A program made the translations under genes and the position numbers. DNA of 64,000 nucleotides from Verrucomicrobiota bacterium. GTDB taxonomy: Bacteria; Verrucomicrobiota; Verrucomicrobiia; Limisphaerales; AAA164-E04. Positions 47,624 to 56,402 of this stretch are shown piece after piece. Location of the stretch: positions 201,785 to 265,784 of the forward strand of contig JAQWLM010000002.1 of assembly GCA_029247315.1 (NCBI GenBank), written 5' to 3'. Position 1 is the stretch's first letter; each line of letters begins with the position of its first letter. The notes under the pieces were generated by a model. It saw only the letters and a program-made list of their open reading frames with translations. It was not told where the DNA came from and made no database searches.

Positions 47624-48760
47624 CTAGGGCTTCAGAAAATGCTCAAAAAAGGCATTCAACTGTTCATTGGAGGCGGGTGTGGGGCCGTGTCCCTTTCGCT
47701 GGGTAAAGAAGACCCGCTGCTCAGAGCCCAGCAGCCTGTTGACATGAACCAGGTGATCGAGGGCATGCCAGCGTTCCAGAGAATCTTCACTGCCTCCTGA
47801 AACAAGGAACGGCCTGGGCGCCATCAAAGCATGGATTTCATGCAGATCCATGCCCCGCTCGATCATGGTACGGTAGGCACCCGTCCTTGGGTTATCCACC
47901 GATGGAATACCAACCTGCGGACGTTGTAGATCAGGGTCCAAGCCAAGATACCAAGGCTCCCAATAGTTGACATCAGGACGTGTTTCGTCAAAGACAATAC
48001 CGGGATCACTGACAGCCACTGCTGCAAATCGATCCCACATTGCCCCGGCGAACATCGCCCATTTACCCCCGTAACTATGCCCGGCAATGCCAATACGCCT
48101 GGGATCTAAAGACGGATGTGCCGCCATGGCAAACCATGCGTTAGCAGCAACATAGGCATGAAAGGAAAGAGGTTGACAGCGAGCCTCCCCCAGCTCGGGT
48201 TTCCATGCGTCGCCTCCGGGAGTTCCAATATTCAGCGTGGCCAAACCTTTCCGAACCAGTTGACGCCCGAAATCCCTGCCTGGCTTATCCGCCTTCAATC
48301 CAATGCTGGTTTCAGGGTCATAGTAAACGACAAGCACCGATGGAAAGGGACCCTCTCCATCTGGAAGTAGAAGCCATCCCTCGGCACGTTGATCGGGTGC
48401 AATACGCAGGCGAACACGCTGCTGACGATAGCCATCCTTTTGTTCTGCGTTCCCCGGCTCGAGTCTCCCCTCCTTGAGCAGCTCAGGCCATGGCCCCATC
48501 AGGCGCATCCATGCATCCAGGATTTCTTCACGACGCCTGGACCAGTCCTCCACACTCACAACCCGTGTCCCATCATCAAACAAGAGCGGGTTTCGGTAGG
48601 CATCGGGAGCTCGATGAAAGGATGCAGGTGGACGATCAAAACCATGGAGGACTAGGGGCAACGGGCTCTCGGAAACGCACGGAATGGCAAGTCCGACATA
48701 AGCCACCAATGGCCACAGAACACCCCATCCCGGCATATACATGAAAGAGGAGGACTGCAT
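47624..48760 (-). CDS. alpha/beta hydrolase (possibly CE15 glucuronoyl-esterase-like)
   Basis: Nucleophile elbow GHSYGGK within IAGHSYGGKWAMFAGAMWDRFAAVAVSDPG. Signal-like GWGVLWPLVAYVGLAIPCVS. ATG 48760 is preferred because it removes the 35-nt overlap with nagB. Confidence 0.6.
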   Translation of the reverse strand: MQSSSFMYMPGWGVLWPLVAYVGLAIPCVSESPLPLVLHGFDRPPASFHRAPDAYRNPLLFDDGTRVVSVEDWSRRREEILDAWMRLMGPWPELLKEGRLEPGNAEQKDGYRQQRVRLRIAPDQRAEGWLLLPDGEGPFPSVLVVYYDPETSIGLKADKPGRDFGRQLVRKGLATLNIGTPGGDAWKPELGEARCQPLSFHAYVAANAWFAMAAHPSLDPRRIGIAGHSYGGKWAMFAGAMWDRFAAVAVSDPGIVFDETRPDVNYWEPWYLGLDPDLQRPQVGIPSVDNPRTGAYRTMIERGMDLHEIHALMAPRPFLVSGGSEDSLERWHALDHLVHVNRLLGSEQRVFFTQRKGHGPTPASNEQLNAFFEHFLKP

Positions 48761-48800
48761 GATTTTCACCGATGCCGGCCCGGGCAGCTCAGGCACCCTG

Positions 48801-49589
48801 TCAGTGGTCAAGCAGCGCCACAGAGTCCTGATCAAGGTACATGGTCGCCTTGGACTGCTGTCTCAAGGCAGAAGCAGGGCAGGCAGTTCCGATGGGTCCC
48901 TCCAGTGCCGCCTTGACCGCTGCGGCCTTACGAGTCTCAGGGCTCAAACATACGATCTTCTCTGCCAAGCAGAGGGCGGGGATCGTGAGCGTGAAGGCGT
49001 AAGGAGGCACCGTTTCCAGACTTTCAAAGTGCCCTTCATTCACTTGTTGCATCTTGCATGCGTCATCGAGCTTGACCAATTTGACCAGGTGAGGGTCCTG
49101 AAAATCCGCCACGGGGGGATCATTGAAAGCAATATGCCCGTTCTCTCCTACACCGAGACAACACAAATCAATAGGTGCCTCCTTGAGAAGGTAGGTGTAA
49201 CGTTCGCATTCATCGAGCGGAAGGGAAGCATCCCCATCCAGGTAGTGAAAGTGCTCCGGTTGAACCAGACTCTCTACCCGCTCCCGCATGTACAACCTGA
49301 AACTGGCCTTGTGGTTTGCCGAAATACCAAGATACTCGTCCATGTGAAAAAGCGTGACCTTGGACCAGTCAACTCCCCCCAGTTCAATCAATGTTTTGAG
49401 GAATTGTATCTGGGAGTTCCCGGTGGCAAGAATGGCCCTGACCGAGCCGTTCAAGGCAAGCCTCTCGATCAGGTATGCCCGCACAGCATGGGCCGCATTC
49501 AGGGCCATGTCCGGCTGTGAATTAAAAACTTCAACGTGCAACGCGTCCTTCTTGAAATGACGCACCGGCTGTGGAACACTGTCTTGCAT
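48801..49589 (-). CDS. nagB: glucosamine-6-phosphate deaminase family protein
   Basis: 262 aa. ILATGNSQIQFL, LFHMDEYLG, CLGVGENGHIAFNDPP, and C-terminal PASALRQ. Confidence 0.8.
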   Translation of the reverse strand: MQDSVPQPVRHFKKDALHVEVFNSQPDMALNAAHAVRAYLIERLALNGSVRAILATGNSQIQFLKTLIELGGVDWSKVTLFHMDEYLGISANHKASFRLYMRERVESLVQPEHFHYLDGDASLPLDECERYTYLLKEAPIDLCCLGVGENGHIAFNDPPVADFQDPHLVKLVKLDDACKMQQVNEGHFESLETVPPYAFTLTIPALCLAEKIVCLSPETRKAAAVKAALEGPIGTACPASALRQQSKATMYLDQDSVALLDH

Positions 49590-49617
49590 GTTTTTCAGGG
49601 GTTATGACTGACTTTTT

Positions 49618-50793
49618 ATGACGACCTGCAAGCTAAGCAAGTTGAGGAGCGCGGGCAAGCACTTTACATGCAGGCTGGCGGCATGCGTCTGCAAGGCAGG
49701 CATCCTCACCATGTTAAAACCTTGTGTCGCCTCCGCCGTTGTCTTCTTCCATACCGGGGATCCACTCCACAACACGACCCCGCCCGAGGATCCCGCTGCC
49801 AGACTCGCATGGGATTTACAGGGACGCTGGGGGACGTGTGCCCAGGGTACGCCAGTCGCACCACATTGGTTCCTCACCTCAAAACATCTGGGAGGTACAA
49901 TTGGTGATATTTTTTTACTGGGCCAGAAGGCATATGTCACCGTGGTGCAACTGAGCGATCCTGAATCAGACCTTGCCCTTTGGGGCGTCTCAGAACCTTT
50001 CCCACATCATGCCCAGATGTATCCCAGGCGCGGGGAAATCGATCAACGGATGCTGGTCTTCGGAAGAGGCCTTGCACGCGGGGAGGCTTTCACCCTGGAA
50101 ACCACCTTGAAAGGCTGGCGTTGGGGAAAGGGTGGCAGTGCCATGCGCTGGGGTGAAAATGTAGTTTCCGAGATTGCAGACGAACCGGAGCTTATTGAGC
50201 TTGGCCTGGGAGAACTGATCGGTGCTGAATTCAACCAGAGCGGCCTCAAAAATGAAGCGGGCCTCAGTCCATGCGATTCCGGGGGAGGCATATTCCTCAT
50301 GGATGGTGATGAGTGGAAACTGGCTGCCGTCAGCTATGCCGCCGGTGGGGAGTACAGCATCGACGGGGAGGGGGATAGCTTTCTTGCCATGCTTTTCGAT
50401 GAAGGAGGACTGCATCGCCTGCAGGAAAGCGAACTGACCGGTGAACCGGAATGGAAGTTTATCCATGATGAGCCCGAAGACCAACCCAGCAGCATCTGGG
50501 GAACGCGATTGATTTTTCGCCACGACTGGATCCATCAAACTCTAGAAACATGGCCCCATCCAACAGACTCAATCCGACTAGAGTCGGCGAAACAGGCTTC
50601 GGGGCCTTTCAAGGAGGAAACCGAATGGACCCTGGGGATTGATCCTTTGGCCATTGAAGTCACTGCGCCATCAGAGACACGTTTTTATCGTGTTCAAGCC
50701 ACTTCTGCACTGACCCTGCTCTCCCCAAGGAAAGAAGAGCAAAAACTCATTCTCCCCATCACAAGCCTCAAGGTAGAGAAAGCAAGCAACTAA
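49618..50793 (+). CDS. trypsin-like (S1 family) serine peptidase domain protein with uncharacterised C-terminal region
   Basis: 391 aa. Candidate triad contexts FLTSKHLGG (His), SDLALWGV (Asp), SPCDSGGGIFL (Ser). No family recognised in the C-terminal ~120 aa. Confidence 0.55.
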   Translation: MTTCKLSKLRSAGKHFTCRLAACVCKAGILTMLKPCVASAVVFFHTGDPLHNTTPPEDPAARLAWDLQGRWGTCAQGTPVAPHWFLTSKHLGGTIGDIFLLGQKAYVTVVQLSDPESDLALWGVSEPFPHHAQMYPRRGEIDQRMLVFGRGLARGEAFTLETTLKGWRWGKGGSAMRWGENVVSEIADEPELIELGLGELIGAEFNQSGLKNEAGLSPCDSGGGIFLMDGDEWKLAAVSYAAGGEYSIDGEGDSFLAMLFDEGGLHRLQESELTGEPEWKFIHDEPEDQPSSIWGTRLIFRHDWIHQTLETWPHPTDSIRLESAKQASGPFKEETEWTLGIDPLAIEVTAPSETRFYRVQATSALTLLSPRKEEQKLILPITSLKVEKASN

Positions 50794-51120
50794 GCTTCAT
50801 ACTTTGGCAAGATGTGCGCACGTCTCACGCCCTGGCTCAGGCAATCCAGAGTTCAAGTCCTGCTTTGCCGCGCATACCTGACTTATCGATTCCAGGGGCT
50901 GAACCAGCGTCTCGCGGTGCTGAATGCCGAGGCAAATATCCTCAATCGTATCCCGAGCTGACCTTGACTGCACAAAAAGATGCCTATCCTTGCTGTCTCG
51001 CTGGGGGGTGCTCATCCAAGGCCATGTTTTGGTTAAGGGGATAAGACCACTCTGTCCGATGGGGTTTGGGATCAACTCTCCGGGAGAGTGACCCTGAACC
51101 CACCCTGGAGTTCTACTGCG

Positions 51121-51357
51121 TCATTTATCTTCCCCCCCGTGTTTCCAAAGGACAATGACGTTTTCGGTTTCACCTCTCTCGACGGACTCATCCAGCGGTG
51201 TTTCACGGCCATGATGCCTCGCATTCACATCCGCAGCAGACACAGTGGAAAAAGCCGATGGAGAACCAAACGAATCATGCAGATGTAAGCTCGCGGCAAT
51301 ATGCTTTTTGCATAGTTTTGATATCCCCCTTTTTGAACCATTTAAATACGAACACAA
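51121..51357 (-). CDS. possible small ankyrin-repeat protein or ankyrin gene remnant
   Basis: The translation ends SLHLHDSFGSPSAFSTVSAADVNARHHGRETPLDESVERGETENVIVLWKHGGEDK, about 1.7 ankyrin repeats (GADVNA-x3-G-x-TPL...G....V..L...G pattern). The only in-frame ATG lies inside the CCP gene. TTG 51357 with an upstream AGGAG is a possible start. Confidence 0.3.
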   Translation of the reverse strand: MCSYLNGSKRGISKLCKKHIAASLHLHDSFGSPSAFSTVSAADVNARHHGRETPLDESVERGETENVIVLWKHGGEDK

Positions 51358-51385
51358 ATACGGTGTATTCTCCTGAAAAAAGGAA

Positions 51386-52678
51386 CTACGGTTCCGGAGG
51401 CTTGAGCAAATCCGCCTCCAATGGTCTTCCTGTGAGCGACTTAAGGAAGGCAACCAGGTCATCGATTTCCCGCGCATCCAGGTGAAGCGGCTGCAGCGAT
51501 TCCTCGCGATGCCCTACCGCTGGTGTATCAGGAAGTGTGGAATAGAACACCACCACTTCACGCAGGGAATGGAAGCGCCCATCATGCATGTAGGGGCCCG
51601 TCCCGGTAACATTCCTGAGGCTGGGTGTCTTGAATTCGCCCAGGTTGTTATCTTTGGGAGCCACATAATGAAGGGATTTGTTGGCTTCCATTGAAGGGTT
51701 ATCGCTGTGGATCCCCTTGCCGTTGAATGGATCTTTCCTGACCTGTTCAATGGCCGGGAATCGCCCCTGATCAAGAGAGCGTCCCCCCCGATTCAGCCCG
51801 ATGTTGTGAAATTCATTGTCCGTAAAATTAGGACCTCCATGGCACAGGGTACACTGGCCTTTTCCCGTGAAGATCTTCATGCCGCGCAGGACCGCGTCCG
51901 ACAGCTTGCCCATACCCTCTGCATCACCCGCCCGAAGTGCCGCTACAAAATGATCAAAAGGGGCATCGGTGGAAATAAGCTGACGCTGAAAGGCCTCGAT
52001 GGCCTTACCGATATGGCTGAAAACACGGTCCACGGCAGTCCGATCCAATGCCGGAAACGATACCCATGCCTTATGCATCGCATCCTGTGGGTTGTCTGGC
52101 ACGGGGCGCGCATCGACCACATCGGTTCCGCCGCTCAAGGCAGGCAACATGCCGAAGACCGATTCGTATGCCTTTAAGTAGGCCGGGGTATCTCGTATCA
52201 AACGGTAGGCTCGAAGACGACTTCCGCCCATTTCTGAGGGATGCTCGATGGGCCCCAATGCCTGAGACCAGAGGGAATCCTTGCGTCCGTCCCAAAAATA
52301 CCAGCGTTGGTAGGCAACGTTCCAAAGCGAAGGTGCATTGCGTTTGACCTGTTCGAGGCCCACAGAAAGGGCTTTTCCATCCGTCCATTCATTCGCGGGT
52401 TGATGACATGTAGCGCAAGAAACCTCTCCATTGGCCGAAAACCGGGTATCAAAGAAAAGCTCCTGGCCCAGTTGCGCAGCAACCGGGTTGTCAGCGTCCT
52501 GATTGGTGGGTTGTGCCGGTCTTGATGGCAATGGGGAAAGCGACAGGATTTCAACAACATTGGTGCTGGGAAGGGTGATATCACGTATCATCACTGGGCC
52601 CGGAGGCCCGTGCTGCCTCTTGCCACAGGCACCCAGACATGGCAGCAAGGCCAGGAGAAGGGCTGAAGATCCTTTCAT
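51386..52678 (-). CDS. di-haem cytochrome c peroxidase / MauG-family lipoprotein
   Basis: 430 aa. Lipobox LPCLGAC. Two haem motifs, CATCHQP and CTLCHGGPNFTDNEFHNIGL. Distal FKTPSLRNV, GPYMHDG. Confidence 0.9.
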   Translation of the reverse strand: MKGSSALLLALLPCLGACGKRQHGPPGPVMIRDITLPSTNVVEILSLSPLPSRPAQPTNQDADNPVAAQLGQELFFDTRFSANGEVSCATCHQPANEWTDGKALSVGLEQVKRNAPSLWNVAYQRWYFWDGRKDSLWSQALGPIEHPSEMGGSRLRAYRLIRDTPAYLKAYESVFGMLPALSGGTDVVDARPVPDNPQDAMHKAWVSFPALDRTAVDRVFSHIGKAIEAFQRQLISTDAPFDHFVAALRAGDAEGMGKLSDAVLRGMKIFTGKGQCTLCHGGPNFTDNEFHNIGLNRGGRSLDQGRFPAIEQVRKDPFNGKGIHSDNPSMEANKSLHYVAPKDNNLGEFKTPSLRNVTGTGPYMHDGRFHSLREVVVFYSTLPDTPAVGHREESLQPLHLDAREIDDLVAFLKSLTGRPLEADLLKPPEP

Positions 52679-52684
52679 GGAGCC

Positions 52685-53092
52685 CTACATTTTGATTGGA
52701 ATGGTCGCACGGTCCGGGATGCCATCCTCCATCACGTCGACAAAGAGTTCCCACTGACCTCCCATATGAAACAGCAATCCCTCCACCTTGTAGACACCGG
52801 GAGAAACCATGGTGACCTCCGGCTGGGTGTTGATGCCATGGCCATGAGCAGGCATGTCCGCATCCACCACAACAGATAATCCGGGCGCAAACTCCAATCC
52901 ATCCTTTCTGGACAGCAAAACGTGCATGACGAAATGTTCATTTCGAGGAATCGGATCGGGCTCAAATTCGTAACGCACAGTGTAGTCCCCGCTGGCAGTG
53001 GTTGCGGAGTCCAGGGTAGGCTCTGGCTCCACGCGACATCCCCCAACCGGAGTCAAGATGAGGGCCACCATAATACAAGATATCCATTTCAT
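52685..53092 (-). CDS. YtkA/FixH-like beta-sandwich lipoprotein
   Basis: 135 aa. Lipobox LTPVGGC. DADMPAHGHGINTQPEVTMVSPGVYKVEGLLFHMGGQWELFVDV matches the YtkA-like pattern. 6 nt upstream of the CCP gene. Confidence 0.6.
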   Translation of the reverse strand: MKWISCIMVALILTPVGGCRVEPEPTLDSATTASGDYTVRYEFEPDPIPRNEHFVMHVLLSRKDGLEFAPGLSVVVDADMPAHGHGINTQPEVTMVSPGVYKVEGLLFHMGGQWELFVDVMEDGIPDRATIPIKM

Positions 53093-55341
53093 ATTCGTTT
53101 ACGTTTGATAAGGAAAGCGCAGGCGAAAGAGATCACAATTAACAACAACAAACTCAAGGCCACGACTTGCCAGGGACTTGCCGTTTGGGACTCCTCCAAA
53201 GCAGACGCCTCTTCTGGGGGTAGCATGGATCTTGGCGCAGGAAGATCAGGGCCCCGCTCGAGGTATCGCATGGCAAAATGCCGGCTGTCACCCACCATGT
53301 CGCTTGAAAGCATCAGGTTCTGTGAAGTCCCAGCTGGCTGCATGCTGATTGTGTAGTCCAGATCCCGCGCCCTGTGAAAGGCAATGGAGGATTGCTCTGG
53401 AAGATTGGTGATCGGTTGATCCGAGTGTTTGACACGATAACGCACAGTTCCTCTGGGAACCTGCCATGTCAAGCGCCAATCGCCGACTGCAAGTTCATCC
53501 ACCTTGATGGGCAACCAGTGCCACGTATACTGACGATGAATACCTTTCACCATGCCTGTCACCGCATTGTTGGGCAGGATCTCCGCCCCATCCCTTTGAA
53601 GCCATTGTTTGCCTTCCTTGAGCAGCGATGTCTCACCGGTAAGTCGATAACCCTCTGCATAGAGGAGGTCGGACGGGAAGGTATCCCGCCCCAGGTGAAT
53701 CAGGGATTCCATCCGGTCAAGCCATCTGTCGTGAAGGGCAGGCTCAAGCCCCCCCTGGCGCAACACATCACCCATCAGGGGCAGGGTATGATTCCCCAGA
53801 GGAAGAAGGTTTTTTTCCTGGTGAAGGCCTGCATCCATCAGCGGCCCTAGCCCCGCCAACATGGTATCCCGAGGCTCGATGGAGCTAGAAAGAAGGTAGG
53901 CATTCCAGAGCCCAAACGCCACATCTCCAGTCAAGGTGTCATCCGGTTCGAGATGCTCTGCCCAATCAAGGCCCCGTTCTCGGAAAGCCTCGTCACCTGT
54001 CAGAAAAAACCAAAGGCTGAAAATAAACGAGGCGTCGTGGCTGTAAGGATGAATCTCTCCAAGAGCATGGTCAGGAACCACCGTTTTAGGAAACCCTTTA
54101 CCTGTTAAATTTGATAGCCATCGACGCATGGCCATCATCGTGGTTGGCCTCGGCAGGATGTCTCCACCCATGATGGCATGCAAGTATCTGGCGGCCTTTT
54201 GGCTTGAAATATCCGCTGCCTGCAGATCAACCCGTTCCTCTCCCTTTCCAGCCAAGAGGGGACGCTCAAGGCAACGTGCATCATTGTAGGCATGGACAGA
54301 TATGGCTCGACCTACAAGCGGATCGAGCATGGCGTATGAATCCTTTCCTGTGGAGAGATCCACGGCGTGCATCTGCCGGACCAGCATACCGGGACGCATC
54401 TCGATCATCTCTGAAATCCCTTGCCGGGACTCCTGCATCTGAAGGATCCTCACGGATTGGTCACCTGAAACAAAATGCTTGCCCCCACGCCCTGATGTTT
54501 TCTCTCCAGCCTCCTGCCAGGAGTTACCAGGTTGGAGACTGAGTGTTGGAAAATGAATAGGCAGCATCCCTTCGGAACTGGAAAGATCTGTGGCGGCTGA
54601 AAGATGCAGGACGGACTCCACCATCAACCCAGCCTGGCCGCGGAAGGCCCGGCAGCGACGTGTGAAAGTCAAATTTCCTCCCGGATGACTGTAGGTTTCA
54701 ACCAGGCGCAGGGTGGCTGTCACCGGACCATTGATCTCCATGAAAACCTCCCTCGAGTGCAGAGCCCCGAGTTCCTTGCCATCACTGGACAAGTGCATGG
54801 AGAATGCGGGCAGCCCCTGGTCCTCCACACTTTCCACTTGGCACAAGATCCGTTCGCCCAGGAGGATCTTGGCCCGCATGCTTCCAGTATCCAAAAAGTA
54901 GCCATCAGCGATTTTGCTGCCCACCTTGGGCAGGGCTGCCACTGCTTGCCCGGTCGTGAGATGCAACGCGGCACGATCCTCCTGCGGCGGCACGTTCACA
55001 ATCGCCTCCACGAATATCCATCGCATGGAGCCATTCGGCCAATAGCTCAGTGGTCGAAGCTGAAAGGATTCGGCCCCAACAAGAATCAGGTCTTCGAGGT
55101 CAACGGGATCCTCAGAGGAGGGCAGTGGTATCCCAAACACGGCTGGTACTGCCTCGACCCCGAAGATACCATCGTTGTAGACCGCCAGTGGCACCATGAG
55201 ATCGTGTCCAGCCCGAAGGGAGCAGACGTCGAAGATCCAACAGATCAGGGCCACAAATACCGTCCTGCCGGCCAGGGAGCTCAATTTAGAGAGCGGTGAC
55301 CGGAGAACCCTTGCATCAATCCAAGGAAATAGAAGACACAT
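53089..55341 (-). CDS. uncharacterised 750-aa extracytoplasmic protein with N-terminal signal/anchor and C-terminal TM anchor
   Basis: N-terminal RTVFVALICWIFDVCSLRA. The block FGIPLPSSEDPVDLEDLILVGAESFQLRPLSYWPNGSMRWIFVE recalls PcRGLX-like lyase N-terminal domains (weak, from memory). C-terminal WQVVALSLLLLIVISFACAFLIKRKRI. The stop overlaps the next start (ATGA). Confidence 0.5.
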   Translation of the reverse strand: MCLLFPWIDARVLRSPLSKLSSLAGRTVFVALICWIFDVCSLRAGHDLMVPLAVYNDGIFGVEAVPAVFGIPLPSSEDPVDLEDLILVGAESFQLRPLSYWPNGSMRWIFVEAIVNVPPQEDRAALHLTTGQAVAALPKVGSKIADGYFLDTGSMRAKILLGERILCQVESVEDQGLPAFSMHLSSDGKELGALHSREVFMEINGPVTATLRLVETYSHPGGNLTFTRRCRAFRGQAGLMVESVLHLSAATDLSSSEGMLPIHFPTLSLQPGNSWQEAGEKTSGRGGKHFVSGDQSVRILQMQESRQGISEMIEMRPGMLVRQMHAVDLSTGKDSYAMLDPLVGRAISVHAYNDARCLERPLLAGKGEERVDLQAADISSQKAARYLHAIMGGDILPRPTTMMAMRRWLSNLTGKGFPKTVVPDHALGEIHPYSHDASFIFSLWFFLTGDEAFRERGLDWAEHLEPDDTLTGDVAFGLWNAYLLSSSIEPRDTMLAGLGPLMDAGLHQEKNLLPLGNHTLPLMGDVLRQGGLEPALHDRWLDRMESLIHLGRDTFPSDLLYAEGYRLTGETSLLKEGKQWLQRDGAEILPNNAVTGMVKGIHRQYTWHWLPIKVDELAVGDWRLTWQVPRGTVRYRVKHSDQPITNLPEQSSIAFHRARDLDYTISMQPAGTSQNLMLSSDMVGDSRHFAMRYLERGPDLPAPRSMLPPEEASALEESQTASPWQVVALSLLLLIVISFACAFLIKRKRI

Positions 55342-55405
55342 GCCTAGCCTGGAGCTCAGTCTACTCTACGAACCATGCAGGCCCCGGTCGGAGCTAGCTG
55401 GTGAG

Positions 55406-56152
55406 CTAACGGCTCCTCTTTTCCCTGCGAAGTTCAGGAGGGGCTGAGAAATTGATACCCTTGCCATTGTCAAACAGCTGAAACATCCTCATACCCTGAT
55501 GGGTGTCCACATGTGCATCAGCGTAGAGGTAGTTGGCACGCCCGGTGGTCTTGTCCTTGTTTTTGTTGGAACTCCCGTGTCGATCCGGCTGGATGTCATC
55601 GATGACATCACGCCAGGTGGGCCAACCCGCACGCCCATGAGTATGGTCGTGGAGGATGTCCATACCCTGTTCCTTGGCAATTTCGAACACAATGATGGTC
55701 TCAGTCGGATACTGAAGTTTATCCAGCAGGTGTGCATGATCGGGCGGATTCGCGGGCTGGAACCCGGCAATCGGTCCTGGCTGAGTGGTCCAGTCATTGA
55801 TGGGATAGCTGGTACCGTTTTTCTCGATGCGTTCCAGGGACTTCTTGTCACTCGGGCAGGCCCGAACCTCATCACTGTTACCAACATAGGGAAGGATTTG
55901 ACGAATCCAGAGCTTGTCCGGATCATCGTGAAACATGTTGCTCAAAGGCATGTGGCCTTCGTTGTCATCCGCATACATCATCGTGGCGATTCCAATTTGA
56001 CGCAGGTTGGAAACGCATTTGATCTTTTTAGCCTGCTCTTTTGCCATCGAGAGCGCTGGCAACAACATACCAGCCAAAATGGCAATGATTGCAATGACAA
56101 CTAGGAGCTCGATGAGGGTGAATGCGGATCTACTTTGGGCCGAAATCTTCAT
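55406..56152 (-). CDS. DUF1559 / type II-secretion prepilin-like N-terminal methylation-domain protein
   Basis: [34 protein letters not shown] prepilin leader plus helix. C-terminal [10 protein letters not shown] (H-X9-DG-type motif region). Typical of PVC bacteria. Confidence 0.85.
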   Translation of the reverse strand: MKISAQSRSAFTLIELLVVIAIIAILAGMLLPALSMAKEQAKKIKCVSNLRQIGIATMMYADDNEGHMPLSNMFHDDPDKLWIRQILPYVGNSDEVRACPSDKKSLERIEKNGTSYPINDWTTQPGPIAGFQPANPPDHAHLLDKLQYPTETIIVFEIAKEQGMDILHDHTHGRAGWPTWRDVIDDIQPDRHGSSNKNKDKTTGRANYLYADAHVDTHQGMRMFQLFDNGKGINFSAPPELRREKRSR

Positions 56153-56402
56153 AAAAACCTGATCTTTGATGGCTGGATGAGCCAATTAGTTAATGGGACG
56201 AGACAAAAATAAATCATATCACCTCTTTTGCAAGCCATAAAATGAAGATATTGACCACTTGAAATTCGGCGGAGACCATCGTTTTTAGAGACTGATCTGA
56301 GGAAATAAGCAACCAATGACCAGGAACCTGCGATTTCTTGCCGCCCGTGCATAAAAAATCGTTTAAGCAAGACCTCAGACAGTTTACGATGCCAACCTCT
56401 CC

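Noticed and set aside
48761-48835. 35-nt overlap between the alpha/beta hydrolase start (48835) and the nagB 3' end.
   Set aside because: The internal ATG at 48760 sits directly before a signal-like hydrophobic segment and removes the overlap.
51386-53092. Interpreting the CCP + small lipoprotein as an MbnH/MbnP (methanobactin-associated) pair.
   Set aside because: The partner is only 135 aa with a YtkA-like pattern, much smaller than MbnP as I recall it. No other mbn genes are present.
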